Below are positions 27,974-37,990 of a stretch of 64,000 nt of DNA, one piece after another (the stretch's first letter is position 1; every line of letters begins with the position of its first letter). This stretch comes from a virus: IMG/VR virus record IMGVR_UViG_3300002835_000017, one strand, 5' to 3'. The translations under genes were made by a program, and so were the position numbers. Under the pieces are notes generated by a model. That model worked only from the letters and a program-made list of their open reading frames with translations, had not been told where the DNA came from and searched no databases.

Positions 27974-29385
27974 ATTTTTATTGTTGAACAAAAGTGATAA
28001 AATTCTTCTAATTCAGGGAATGTTTTACAAAAATCAGTTCCTCTACGTTTATCATGATTTGAGAAATATTGATAAAAACTATATCTATTTTTCATTTGTT
28101 GTGTTGCATCCTGCGGAGAAACCATCCAATCATAAATTCTTTTTACTTTTTGAACCTCAACATCAGAATATCCAATATGTTTTGGGTCAAATGATGGTGC
28201 CGCATAATATGTAATTAGTTTGGCTTGGTCCGTAATATGTTTAGCGTAATCAAAAGGAAGTACCTGAACCGTCTGATGTAGCGGGTATCGTAAATATGAT
28301 GAATCTAAAAACACTGCAGAATTCCAATATCTATCGGTAGATGCGTATACATCTTTTAATGTGTAAATATTATGAATTAATTGTTCATAATTAAAAACAC
28401 TTAACGCATTGTATGTAGACATGAATGTTATAATAGTTCTTGGACATTGTGTAAGAATTTTATTTACGTTATCCCAAAATTTATTGAATTCTAATCCAGT
28501 ACGAATGTATTCTGCTTGCTCACCCCACGTATCCGTAGATGTAAATATTACAATTTCTTTTACCCTACCTTCATCCTCTATTTTTTTTATTTTTTCAATT
28601 AGTTTATCTATTAATTTATCAGGAACTCCTAAATTTGAATTAATTGCTAATTTTAATTCAGTATTTGGGTTTGGATGATTTAGAATGTAATCTAATACAC
28701 CCCAAGTATCCTTTGACATTAACGGTTCACCACCAGTAATTCTAAAAGTGTGTAAATCTTTGTATAAATCAGGCCACCATTTCCAAAATGCTTCAACATA
28801 AGGATTATATTCTTTGTTTGGGATGGGTAATTTATCTTCATTTTTCATCCAATCAACTGAATTGAAATTGTCTAATGTTGGATACGCTCCAAATTCTTCA
28901 ATTTCTTCCATCCATTTTGAACTGTATGCAGGACCACAATAGGAACATTTAAAATTACACGCATTTGAGAATGCAACTTCTACATACTTTGGATTAAAAT
29001 CTTCTCTCCAATCAGATTGGATGATATCATTTATAAATGGATAAGACCAACTTTCACCTGATTTAAAAACTCTATCCGAAAAACGGTCTGAATTATCTTC
29101 CACTTTCCAACAATAATCACATTCGGTTGGTCTTGCTCCTTGTAACATTTCTTTTCTACGAAGTTTTTTGTATCTCGTATTGTGAAGTGCAGATGGATTT
29201 CGTGCAATTTCCGTTTCTGAAATTTTATGTGTTTGAGGGTGGTGACATGAGTGGTTATGCCCACTTTGTAATTGCAATGTTACCTGCGTCCATTTAGCGG
29301 CACACATACCTGGACCAACTGCATCTAACTCATCTTTAACTCTTAAATATATCGGATTTTCCGAATAACTTTTATCTTCTGCCAT
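27970..29385 (-). CDS. Radical SAM protein with N-terminal twitch-like domain
   Basis: CAAKW..SCHH..CDYCW then CNFKCSYC, TGGEPLM, NSNL. Confidence 0.88.
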   Translation of the reverse strand: MAEDKSYSENPIYLRVKDELDAVGPGMCAAKWTQVTLQLQSGHNHSCHHPQTHKISETEIARNPSALHNTRYKKLRRKEMLQGARPTECDYCWKVEDNSDRFSDRVFKSGESWSYPFINDIIQSDWREDFNPKYVEVAFSNACNFKCSYCGPAYSSKWMEEIEEFGAYPTLDNFNSVDWMKNEDKLPIPNKEYNPYVEAFWKWWPDLYKDLHTFRITGGEPLMSKDTWGVLDYILNHPNPNTELKLAINSNLGVPDKLIDKLIEKIKKIEDEGRVKEIVIFTSTDTWGEQAEYIRTGLEFNKFWDNVNKILTQCPRTIITFMSTYNALSVFNYEQLIHNIYTLKDVYASTDRYWNSAVFLDSSYLRYPLHQTVQVLPFDYAKHITDQAKLITYYAAPSFDPKHIGYSDVEVQKVKRIYDWMVSPQDATQQMKNRYSFYQYFSNHDKRRGTDFCKTFPELEEFYHFCSTIKI

Positions 29386-29389
29386 ATTT

Positions 29390-30856
29390 TTATTTTAAAC
29401 AATGAACATTTATTAATTTATGTTTATCGGAAATGATTTTAGTGCTAATATGTTTATACTTCATATTATTTATACCATCTTTTTTATAATCAATCTTACC
29501 CTGTTGCATTTCTAATACATATCTTCTTTCATTTCTAGCCGTTGTTTCTCCTTTAGCCCATTTATCAACACCTCCAACTTTAATTAACCCCTCGGTTTCA
29601 TGTGGTAGACAGAAAAATTTACCATCTCTTCTATGCGGTAATATTACATGAGGTATTTGTATTTCTCTTTCCTCAATACTAACATTATACATTACACCAT
29701 CATTTACTTCAGCCTGGTCTATTACAAATTTACCATCAGTTATTTCATCAAAATTATAATGTAATATTAAACCATCCGTTGAATATTCTTTATGTAATTT
29801 TGAAACATCTTCACTTGATAATGCTCTATTCCATAATTTAATATCGGCAATTTCACCTTTAAAAAAGGCGTGTGGTTCAAATGGTTCTACGGTAGATGTG
29901 TGTCCTATGTAAAATGGCTCTGTACCATATCTTTTTAAATTATAGTTGTATTCAACTGGAGATTGTGTGCCAGTTCCGTTTCTAGCATCACTTTCATTTC
30001 CATTCAAATAAAAATGCATTTTCTTTTCTAAATCATCAACTACCATTGTTACCCAAGTCCACTCACCTTCATAACGCTTGAACCATTGATATATGTGTTC
30101 TCTGTGTGAGTTCCACATCATACCAGTATATGCTCTACTGTTATTAAAGGATAATCCCCAATCATAACCTGGTTTTCTGAATATAGGATATTCAACAAAT
30201 TTTCTTTCAGTATCACCAATTAACCAAATAGGAACTTTTTCTATTTGTTGTTCTGCTTTTACTAATACTGAAATCGTATGTGAATTAGATATTGCCATTC
30301 TAGTTTGTTCTGTGGATGGTATTTTAATATAAGATTGCTTACCATCAAATAGTGCCACATTTTTTACTTTAGCAAAATCAATAGTTTGTTTATCCACATA
30401 TCCTTCCATAACACATCTCCAAAAAAGGTCATCATCTTCCATACCCCAATCCCAATAGTCATTTGAATAACCATTAGTTGCTAAAACTTGTTCTTTTGTA
30501 AAAACAACCGCACCACCAAAGTATTCCTGATATTTTAATTGATAATCAGATTGTGAAATACGAACTGCAATGTGTTGTGGATTTTCTTCTGGATATGAAT
30601 AATCACAACTATCATCTTCAGGCACCATATCAATATCATGCCAAACAATATAATCACATCCATCATCAATTGCGTGCTTTGCAGCAATATTTTTCATCAA
30701 TCCTCTGTTGAATAAATATTCATCACATTGATGTGCAATATAAATGGTATGGTCAATTCCTTTCTTTGTTAAGAAATTAGTAACCCAAGGAACAAATTTA
30801 TTCATGTGTTCCTCTCTGTTTCTATATGGTACGCAAACACCTAACTTATGTCCCAT
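29390..30856 (-). CDS. GT7 (beta-1,4-galactosyltransferase-like) with inserted LamG domain
   Basis: VPYRNR, FNRG, HDIDM, YFGG, NGYSNDYWDWGMEDDD; LamG FYLNG..FKGEIADIKLWNRAL. Confidence 0.85.
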   Translation of the reverse strand: MGHKLGVCVPYRNREEHMNKFVPWVTNFLTKKGIDHTIYIAHQCDEYLFNRGLMKNIAAKHAIDDGCDYIVWHDIDMVPEDDSCDYSYPEENPQHIAVRISQSDYQLKYQEYFGGAVVFTKEQVLATNGYSNDYWDWGMEDDDLFWRCVMEGYVDKQTIDFAKVKNVALFDGKQSYIKIPSTEQTRMAISNSHTISVLVKAEQQIEKVPIWLIGDTERKFVEYPIFRKPGYDWGLSFNNSRAYTGMMWNSHREHIYQWFKRYEGEWTWVTMVVDDLEKKMHFYLNGNESDARNGTGTQSPVEYNYNLKRYGTEPFYIGHTSTVEPFEPHAFFKGEIADIKLWNRALSSEDVSKLHKEYSTDGLILHYNFDEITDGKFVIDQAEVNDGVMYNVSIEEREIQIPHVILPHRRDGKFFCLPHETEGLIKVGGVDKWAKGETTARNERRYVLEMQQGKIDYKKDGINNMKYKHISTKIISDKHKLINVHCLK

Positions 30857-30857
30857 T

Positions 30858-32288
30858 CTACAATAATACCGATAGATGATGATAGTTATTCATTGTTACA
30901 TCATTTAATACTTGATATAAACAACTATTTAAACCATCTTTATCTGTGTTATATAATTTAGTTTTAACTTGATTTAAAAATCTTAATTGGTTTATACGAG
31001 TTTCTCTGTGAACCCAGTTTTTCTCATTCCAACTATTTGTTTTATGAGATAATAATTTAAATAAAGATTTTCTTCTATATGGAACTGCCATTTCTCTACC
31101 CAATGATTCATGTGATTTTATGAAATGGCAATTGTGTATTTCTCCGTTATTATTATTAAATGATAAATCTAATAAAGTATCTTCTTTATAGAATTTAAAA
31201 TCATAATATAATTGTAAATGTTGTGCGGATTTATAACCTCTAAAATTTTCTAATAAAGAATTTTCTAAAACATTGTCAGATAATATTTCAATTTCTTTAT
31301 CTTTTAATTTACAATCATATATTGCAAATTCGGAAATCATTCCATAAAAAAAGTTTTGATTAGAATCTCTTTCTGGTGAACCAACTCCTAAATAAAAATA
31401 TTCTTCATTTGAATAATCTTTAGGTGCATGTTTTACTTTTTCAGTATTAACTAACGTACCATCTTTATAAAAAGAAATTTGGTTTTTTTCATAATCAAAA
31501 GTTAAACAGATTTGAGTAAAATGATTAGTTAATATTTCTGAATTAATAGAAGTGCAGTTATCAGTATTATCCCAAAAATCTATTTTATATCTTCTAAATG
31601 AATTATAACTTATATTTGTATCATAACCAGGTATAGAAAATACAGTATACTCATCATAATCATTATTTGGGTTAGATGTTATTTCATCTGGCTTAAATGT
31701 TATTAATATTGTAGTATCCTTTTCAAAATCTAATAATTCTTTTTTTGGTATTTTTATATAAGAATCGTTTCCACTAAATGATAATCCGTATAATTTTTTG
31801 GTTTCATTTTTACCAATTATTTTAGAATCTAATGGAATTTTTTTCTGATTTACTCTAAATAAAAGGTCGTCATCTTCAAATCCCCATCCCCAATATAAAT
31901 TGGAATACCCGTTTATTCGTTCAAATGTATCGGAACTAAACATAGTTACACCACCAAAATAGTCATCAAATGATAAGTTTTTAGATTTATCATATTCTAA
32001 TTCAAAATTAGTTGCAAGATGCATAGGTAATTCAGAATAAGAATAATCAACCTCAATTGGTAACATATCCACATCATGAAATACAACATAACCACATCCT
32101 AATTCTTTTGCTTTAATATATCCAATATTTAATAACTTTCCTCTATTAAACGGTTTATCATCAGTTTGTTCAACTACAATAATTTCGTGTTTAATTTTTT
32201 TGGATTTTAAATATGAAGATGTTATTTCACCGAATCGGGTGAGATGTGATTCTCTATCTCTATATGGTACAATTATTCCTAATTTCAT
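30858..32288 (-). CDS. GT7 with inserted LamG domain
   Basis: VPYRDR, FNRGKLLNIG, HDVDM, NGYSNLYWGWGFEDDD; FYKDG..GMISEFAIY; DGLNS. Confidence 0.85.
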   Translation of the reverse strand: MKLGIIVPYRDRESHLTRFGEITSSYLKSKKIKHEIIVVEQTDDKPFNRGKLLNIGYIKAKELGCGYVVFHDVDMLPIEVDYSYSELPMHLATNFELEYDKSKNLSFDDYFGGVTMFSSDTFERINGYSNLYWGWGFEDDDLLFRVNQKKIPLDSKIIGKNETKKLYGLSFSGNDSYIKIPKKELLDFEKDTTILITFKPDEITSNPNNDYDEYTVFSIPGYDTNISYNSFRRYKIDFWDNTDNCTSINSEILTNHFTQICLTFDYEKNQISFYKDGTLVNTEKVKHAPKDYSNEEYFYLGVGSPERDSNQNFFYGMISEFAIYDCKLKDKEIEILSDNVLENSLLENFRGYKSAQHLQLYYDFKFYKEDTLLDLSFNNNNGEIHNCHFIKSHESLGREMAVPYRRKSLFKLLSHKTNSWNEKNWVHRETRINQLRFLNQVKTKLYNTDKDGLNSCLYQVLNDVTMNNYHHLSVLL

Positions 32289-32293
32289 TTAGA

Positions 32294-32635
32294 TTATACT
32301 TTTTCGATATCTTTTTTAGGTCTTGCTCTACGAGGTGGTGGTAATTCTGCCCCTTCTTCGGTTTGGGCAGGTTCTGTTGGAACATTTCCAGCAAAAGGTT
32401 TTTCTGAATTTGATGATGCACCATTTTCTTTTGCAATATTATAGAATTCATACAGATAATACGCAACTCTATCACTCCACTCTGATTTGTTAATTTCTTC
32501 AAACCAAATAGTAAGTGCATCTAATGAGTTTGCAATTTTTTCTAATGCTTTTACTTTTCTAGTTTCTAACACAACTGATTCTAAATTTTCGTTTGTAGAA
32601 GGTGTTGTATCAGACTGTAACTTAATTTTTGCCAT
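32294..32635 (-). CDS. Hypothetical protein
   Basis: 113 aa ORF tightly packed in the operon. Confidence 0.6.
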   Translation of the reverse strand: MAKIKLQSDTTPSTNENLESVVLETRKVKALEKIANSLDALTIWFEEINKSEWSDRVAYYLYEFYNIAKENGASSNSEKPFAGNVPTEPAQTEEGAELPPPRRARPKKDIEKV

Positions 32636-32642
32636 TTTATTT

Positions 32643-34100
32643 TTATATTTTAATTTGATGCTTATAAACTCCTGTTTTAATTTCTTCGGTTGATATTAAA
32701 TCGTATGATAATGTATTCAAACCAAATTTATCAGTATCTAATATATCAGTTGCAATTTCATAAAAGAAAATATTTTCATTTTCTTCAAATATTTCATTTT
32801 TTTCTGTCCAATTATAGTTCTCTAATTTAGTAAATTTTTTTGAATTTTCCAAGATTTGAAACCGTCCATTTGATTGTTCTGGCATATCAAATTCATAAGA
32901 TAAATTCAATTCTTCGGAATATGTTTCCTGATGTATTCCAGTTGATACTATTCTTGGATTTGAAAATGTTTTAGAATCATCTACATAAAAATCTCCAAAT
33001 TTTTTATCAAATGGTACATTTATAACCGCTTCAAAATTTGTAGTTATTGTATTGTTTGTTGTTTTGTATCCGTCTGTATATAATTTTATTATTTCAGAAT
33101 CTGCTAACGCGTAATCAAATAATAATAAGTTGGATATTTTGCCACTAAATGAATTTTTAAATGCTAAACTACCAATCCATAAATCTTTTCCTTTAAAATC
33201 CATTAAATGTTTTGGTAATTTATCTAATGTTTGCACAATTTTACCATCAACATATAAACTGGCTTTTTTCTTATCCATATCAACCTTTAATGATAGGTTT
33301 ATCCATTGATTGGCATGAGATTTATGTGGATACCACATTTGATGTAAATTATTATCATCACTCCACAATTGAACTACAATTGCTTCATTTTTCATAATAA
33401 AAATTCCCATATCATATCCTTGTTTTCCAATAATACACCCATTATTTGATTGGTTGTTATTGATAAAAACATTCATTGATATTGTAAATGAATCTTCAAA
33501 AATATAATCGGTTGTTTTATTTGCTCTTACAAATACACAATTATTTTCATTTGATTCAAACGGATATATTGTTTTTTTAATGTATTTATTTACCTCTTTT
33601 ACATCTGTTAAAACATGCGGTTTATATATATTTTTAGTAAAAAATCTTTTTGCAGATAATAATTTGTGTTTTTTTAATCTATACAAAAAATCTATCCAAT
33701 GAAAAGAACCTCCCCAATAATCATTACTAAATCCGTTTGCTTCGAAGAAATTTTCTTTTGTAATTTTAAAAGCACCACCTACCCAATGTGGATATGGTTT
33801 TAAATTTGGACAAAGGTGAGTTGGATAGTATTCAAAATCGTAATTGCACGATTCCTGTTTAGGTAAAATATCTATATCATGGAATACATAATAATCTGAA
33901 CGATTTTGTGTTATGGATGCACCAATATTGCATAACTTTCCATAATTGAAATAAACATCTGCATCAATTTGTTCTATGAAATGAATTTCGTAATCCGTTT
34001 TATCTTTTAAAAAGTATTCCATGTGACCCACAAAGGTATATAGGTCTTGTAAACGATTGGAGTACGGTACTATAATTGATAACTTTTTATTGTTCATCAT
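32643..34100 (-). CDS. Degenerate GT7 with inserted LamG domain
   Basis: IVPY, FNYGKLCNIG, HDIDI, NGFSNDYWGG but lacks EDDD; LYVDG..FSGKISNLLLF. Confidence 0.7.
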   Translation of the reverse strand: MMNNKKLSIIVPYSNRLQDLYTFVGHMEYFLKDKTDYEIHFIEQIDADVYFNYGKLCNIGASITQNRSDYYVFHDIDILPKQESCNYDFEYYPTHLCPNLKPYPHWVGGAFKITKENFFEANGFSNDYWGGSFHWIDFLYRLKKHKLLSAKRFFTKNIYKPHVLTDVKEVNKYIKKTIYPFESNENNCVFVRANKTTDYIFEDSFTISMNVFINNNQSNNGCIIGKQGYDMGIFIMKNEAIVVQLWSDDNNLHQMWYPHKSHANQWINLSLKVDMDKKKASLYVDGKIVQTLDKLPKHLMDFKGKDLWIGSLAFKNSFSGKISNLLLFDYALADSEIIKLYTDGYKTTNNTITTNFEAVINVPFDKKFGDFYVDDSKTFSNPRIVSTGIHQETYSEELNLSYEFDMPEQSNGRFQILENSKKFTKLENYNWTEKNEIFEENENIFFYEIATDILDTDKFGLNTLSYDLISTEEIKTGVYKHQIKI

Positions 34101-34114
34101 TTTAATAACCTATT

Positions 34115-34966
34115 TTATATAGATATAATTTTTTTAAATAATTTATCCCAATTTTTATAATTTTCATAGTTCGCAGTTGGGCAATATTCAAACATATATG
34201 TTACATCATCATCAATTGGCATTTGAAAGTTTTCTCTCCGAAGTGCTTGGTACATTTTTAAATATTCATCTGAAAATGCATAATCTTTTCTAATATCTGC
34301 TACTGATTTAATTCTATCTATACAAGTAGAATCCCATTTAAAATGATGAACCTGAACATTATACTCATCAACGGGTGCAATTAATGGGTGATTCCATCCC
34401 ATCCATTTCCAAGTTGTTTGTCCATCAATTTTAGCATAATGTTGTCCTGATGTTAATTCAATATTTCCTTTTACTATACAAATTTTGTTTGGACATGCTC
34501 CACTCATTGGGTATCTGAAAAATCCAGCATACGGAAATTGCTCAAATATATTATCAGTTTGATTTATTTTACTAAATTCACCATCTTCCCCAATTCTATC
34601 TATAAATCCACCTCTTACTAATTCCCACCCGTTATTATTACAATCCGCTATTATTTCTGATAATGGTTTTGAATATAAATGAAACTCATCATCATCCGAT
34701 ATTACCCACCAATCATTAGGATATTTTGATTTTTCTTCGTTGTATAATTTGGTAACTAATTCCCAATTATATTTTTCTCCAATTGCTCTTCTTACTATTT
34801 TCGCATTTGAAAATTGTGAAACAATATCGGATACATCATTGTATGTACTAACACCTTCCCATTCATATACAACCACCCACATCTCATCTACTAAATCGGC
34901 ATAATGCTTTAGCATGTGATATAAAGTGTTTGTTCTACTACCTGTTACTGTAACTAATCTAATCAT
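34115..34966 (-). CDS. GT2-like (GT-A) glycosyltransferase
   Basis: WWVISDDDEF, GGFIDR, GQH, VHHFKW. Confidence 0.75.
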   Translation of the reverse strand: MIRLVTVTGSRTNTLYHMLKHYADLVDEMWVVVYEWEGVSTYNDVSDIVSQFSNAKIVRRAIGEKYNWELVTKLYNEEKSKYPNDWWVISDDDEFHLYSKPLSEIIADCNNNGWELVRGGFIDRIGEDGEFSKINQTDNIFEQFPYAGFFRYPMSGACPNKICIVKGNIELTSGQHYAKIDGQTTWKWMGWNHPLIAPVDEYNVQVHHFKWDSTCIDRIKSVADIRKDYAFSDEYLKMYQALRRENFQMPIDDDVTYMFEYCPTANYENYKNWDKLFKKIISI

Positions 34967-35721
34967 TTTCTTTTAACTAATGTTAATCCAGTTGATGCTG
35001 GTTTATTTTTTTGAATACCAAAATTAAAAAGGTCAAATACTTCCCAATTTGGATTATCCTTTAATTCTTTTGCAAATACAATTGGTCCGTGCCAATCATC
35101 AAAATCACCTCTATCTTTTACTTCGTTTGTAACGATGTAACTATCTGCATAGTTAGGGTCGGTATCGTGGATTGAAATGATTCCATTTGGAGAAAGTAAT
35201 TGTGAGTATAACTCAAAATCTTCTTTAACATTTTCATAACTATGCCCTGCATCAATATGCAAATAATCTATCTGAATATCATTGAGAACAAAATAATTAT
35301 GAAATGCTTCTTCTGTTGTTTTATTAATAATTCGTGGATGAAATGTTCTTCTAAAAAAAGATTCTTCTCTGAACCAATTTACATTACCCCCAATACCATT
35401 CATCGCATCAACTACATAAGTAACTCCAATATCTCCCCAATTTAAATCAGGATTTCCTTCAAATATTTTCTGATTATATAAATCATATCTAGCCTGTGTC
35501 ATTAATCTTGGAATAAATCCACCACCACTTCCCAAACATACACAAGTTTTTGCTCTCATATACTGGATGATGGAATACACAATTAATCCATCACCTAAAT
35601 GTAAATCAGTTGCACCATGAGACCATCTATAAGGAACTGGAGAATCTTCTTGTTCCTGATACTCATTGAATTCGATATTATTTGTTATAGTATTTTTTAT
35701 GTATTGTAAATCTTGTAGCAT
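34963..35721 (-). CDS. Class I SAM-dependent methyltransferase (Methyltransf_24-like)
   Basis: CLGSGGG, IDYLHIDAGHSYE, GIISIHDT. Confidence 0.85.
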   Translation of the reverse strand: MLQDLQYIKNTITNNIEFNEYQEQEDSPVPYRWSHGATDLHLGDGLIVYSIIQYMRAKTCVCLGSGGGFIPRLMTQARYDLYNQKIFEGNPDLNWGDIGVTYVVDAMNGIGGNVNWFREESFFRRTFHPRIINKTTEEAFHNYFVLNDIQIDYLHIDAGHSYENVKEDFELYSQLLSPNGIISIHDTDPNYADSYIVTNEVKDRGDFDDWHGPIVFAKELKDNPNWEVFDLFNFGIQKNKPASTGLTLVKRK

Positions 35722-35748
35722 TAGATTAGTTGATAAAGTAAAGTGATT

Positions 35749-35780
35749 ACAATATACTAAAAAAAATTCACATTTACAAA
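35749..35780 (-). promoter_or_regulatory. Possible Bacteroidota-type promoter variant
   Basis: Minus strand TTTG-N20-TATATTGT in the intergenic gap upstream of the methyltransferase. Confidence 0.4.
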
Positions 35781-35783
35781 ACT

Positions 35784-36671
35784 TTATTCAGTTATTTTAG
35801 TATAATATTTTTCAACTTCATCTTTAATTTTTGGCCATAGAAAATTTGTAAAGAAATCGATTGATTGTTCTTTTGATGGATGATTTTTACCACCCAACAT
35901 TGGTTCGTTTTTGTTGACAAAGTATTCTAGCATACCACCACCAAATCCATTTACCCTAACATCATCTGTAAATATAAATTTACTAAAATCAATTTTTTCT
36001 AATAGTTCTGATATTATATTTGCTTCGAACCATGAATCGTCAAATGGTTCTAATTTATCAAACAAACTTTCTGTTTTTAGTATAGAATAATTTCCTGCGT
36101 CTGAATCTGTTTTTTTTTGAAGAATCTGTAACTTGTTTACTGCAACATCCATTTGAAATAAATTACCTATACAAAACATTTTATATGGTATATTTTTTTC
36201 TTTAAAATACTGTTGAGTATGATATATACTTTCTAATGTTTGCAATATAGCACCATGTATTGAATAATATTTTTCAAAGAATTCTTTTCCATATCCTGAT
36301 ATATCAGTTCCGTTTAACATATAGTTTATTTTACCAATTCTTTCAGGATGCATATTCATTCTTGGAAAGTTTTTTGCTCTATCCTCATCTACAAATACAG
36401 GATAATCCCATCTATCGATTGTAGACCATTGAACTATTGCATAATCCACTTTCCAATGTGGTTTTAGTGCGTTATTATACTGTAATGAATTTAAAAACTT
36501 AAATACTTTTCTCCTCATTATGTCATTTCCAGAACCACCACAACCTGCATTATATACATCAAATGGTTCCGCTGATTTTTTATTATCAAATAAAGAATAT
36601 CCTTCCGTTTCAAACCCAATAGGCCAGTTTTCATCTCCAGCAGAAAACGAGCATCCGTTTATTAATATCAT
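35784..36671 (-). CDS. SGNH/GDSL-like protein
   Basis: NGCSFS, GSGND, VQWS, NHPS. Confidence 0.6.
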   Translation of the reverse strand: MILINGCSFSAGDENWPIGFETEGYSLFDNKKSAEPFDVYNAGCGGSGNDIMRRKVFKFLNSLQYNNALKPHWKVDYAIVQWSTIDRWDYPVFVDEDRAKNFPRMNMHPERIGKINYMLNGTDISGYGKEFFEKYYSIHGAILQTLESIYHTQQYFKEKNIPYKMFCIGNLFQMDVAVNKLQILQKKTDSDAGNYSILKTESLFDKLEPFDDSWFEANIISELLEKIDFSKFIFTDDVRVNGFGGGMLEYFVNKNEPMLGGKNHPSKEQSIDFFTNFLWPKIKDEVEKYYTKITE

Positions 36672-37990
36672 AATAATTTATTTATATTATTCATTATATT
36701 GCAATAATGTGTTATCAATTTTTGTTTATTTTCTTTTAATATAGGTGTTTTTTGAATAAATGTATTTTTAGCATCGTTTATATTTTTATTTTTTAAAAAA
36801 TCTACTATCATATCAATTTGTTCTAATTCATTTTTTGTTTGAATTCCTTGTAAACCAAAATCATCTAAAAACAAATCTATACCAATTCTTTTATATTCAC
36901 TATATACTTTATTGGAACCAAATATCAATGGAAGTTTTTCCGATAATATTGGTTTTATAGATTTTTCTGTAAAAAATCCATATTTTAAATTAAAAATACA
37001 ATGTGTTTCACCAACTACTTCAAAATATGATAAATCGTATTCTTTTTCTCTAAAATAATAAAGTAAATGGTCAAACTCAAATGGAGCATTCAAAGGTGTA
37101 ATATTTATTTCATTTCTTATAGATTGTAATTTATTAAAATTTTCTTTTGTAAAATATTTTATATGATTATCGGTATGCGTGTTAGTATGGTCTGTATATA
37201 TGTATCCTTCTCTAACTGCTTGTAAATATTCTATTAAAAATTTTTCATTTATACAATTTAAACCTGTTTTTAATATATCCGATTCTTTTGCTTTTAATAA
37301 AAACTGAACTCTATGAAATCTTGGTTTTAATGCCTGACTACTATACACATATAGTTTTTCAGTATTATGTGATATATTTAGATTTTTAAATATATTATAA
37401 AAATTATCATTATATGCTAATTTACCAGTAGTATGATTTGGAAATAAAAAATTTGTAAATTGTCCTTCGGCCATCAAATGAAACATACAATAGAATGAAT
37501 CGTAGTGAAAGTTTTTATCTCCATCAAACAATTCATAATCTGTCATTTTAATATGATTAAATTTAAAATCATATCTAAAATATTGTTCATCTTTTTCGTA
37601 CTCAACTGCTTCTAAAAATGCAAAATTAAATAAAACTTTTGCATTACGTTCAACATACAGCTGTTCCAATTTATTAAATTCAATTGGATTTTTTTTCATT
37701 AATGGTAAATAAAATTCACTCCATATTTTTCTATCAATAACAATTATTAAATTATCAATTGGGTTTGAATACATTAAATCAAAAGTTGTTATACCATCAA
37801 ATGATTTTAATTTATTTAATACATTATATGGGTTTTGTATATAGTGATGTATTTTAATTTTTTCACCAGCATTATCTATAACAATTTCATGATGTTTTTC
37901 TATTTTTATTGGGGTTACGGAAATCAAATTTGCTTCTGGAAACAAATTCTGTAACTCATTATATGTTGCTAATATATTTAATGACCTCAT
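36668..37990 (-). CDS. Putative glycosyltransferase, GT10-like motif family (paralog 3)
   Basis: KPRFHR, YFEVVGET..FTEKSIKPI. Confidence 0.45.
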   Translation of the reverse strand: MRSLNILATYNELQNLFPEANLISVTPIKIEKHHEIVIDNAGEKIKIHHYIQNPYNVLNKLKSFDGITTFDLMYSNPIDNLIIVIDRKIWSEFYLPLMKKNPIEFNKLEQLYVERNAKVLFNFAFLEAVEYEKDEQYFRYDFKFNHIKMTDYELFDGDKNFHYDSFYCMFHLMAEGQFTNFLFPNHTTGKLAYNDNFYNIFKNLNISHNTEKLYVYSSQALKPRFHRVQFLLKAKESDILKTGLNCINEKFLIEYLQAVREGYIYTDHTNTHTDNHIKYFTKENFNKLQSIRNEINITPLNAPFEFDHLLYYFREKEYDLSYFEVVGETHCIFNLKYGFFTEKSIKPILSEKLPLIFGSNKVYSEYKRIGIDLFLDDFGLQGIQTKNELEQIDMIVDFLKNKNINDAKNTFIQKTPILKENKQKLITHYCNIMNNINKLL

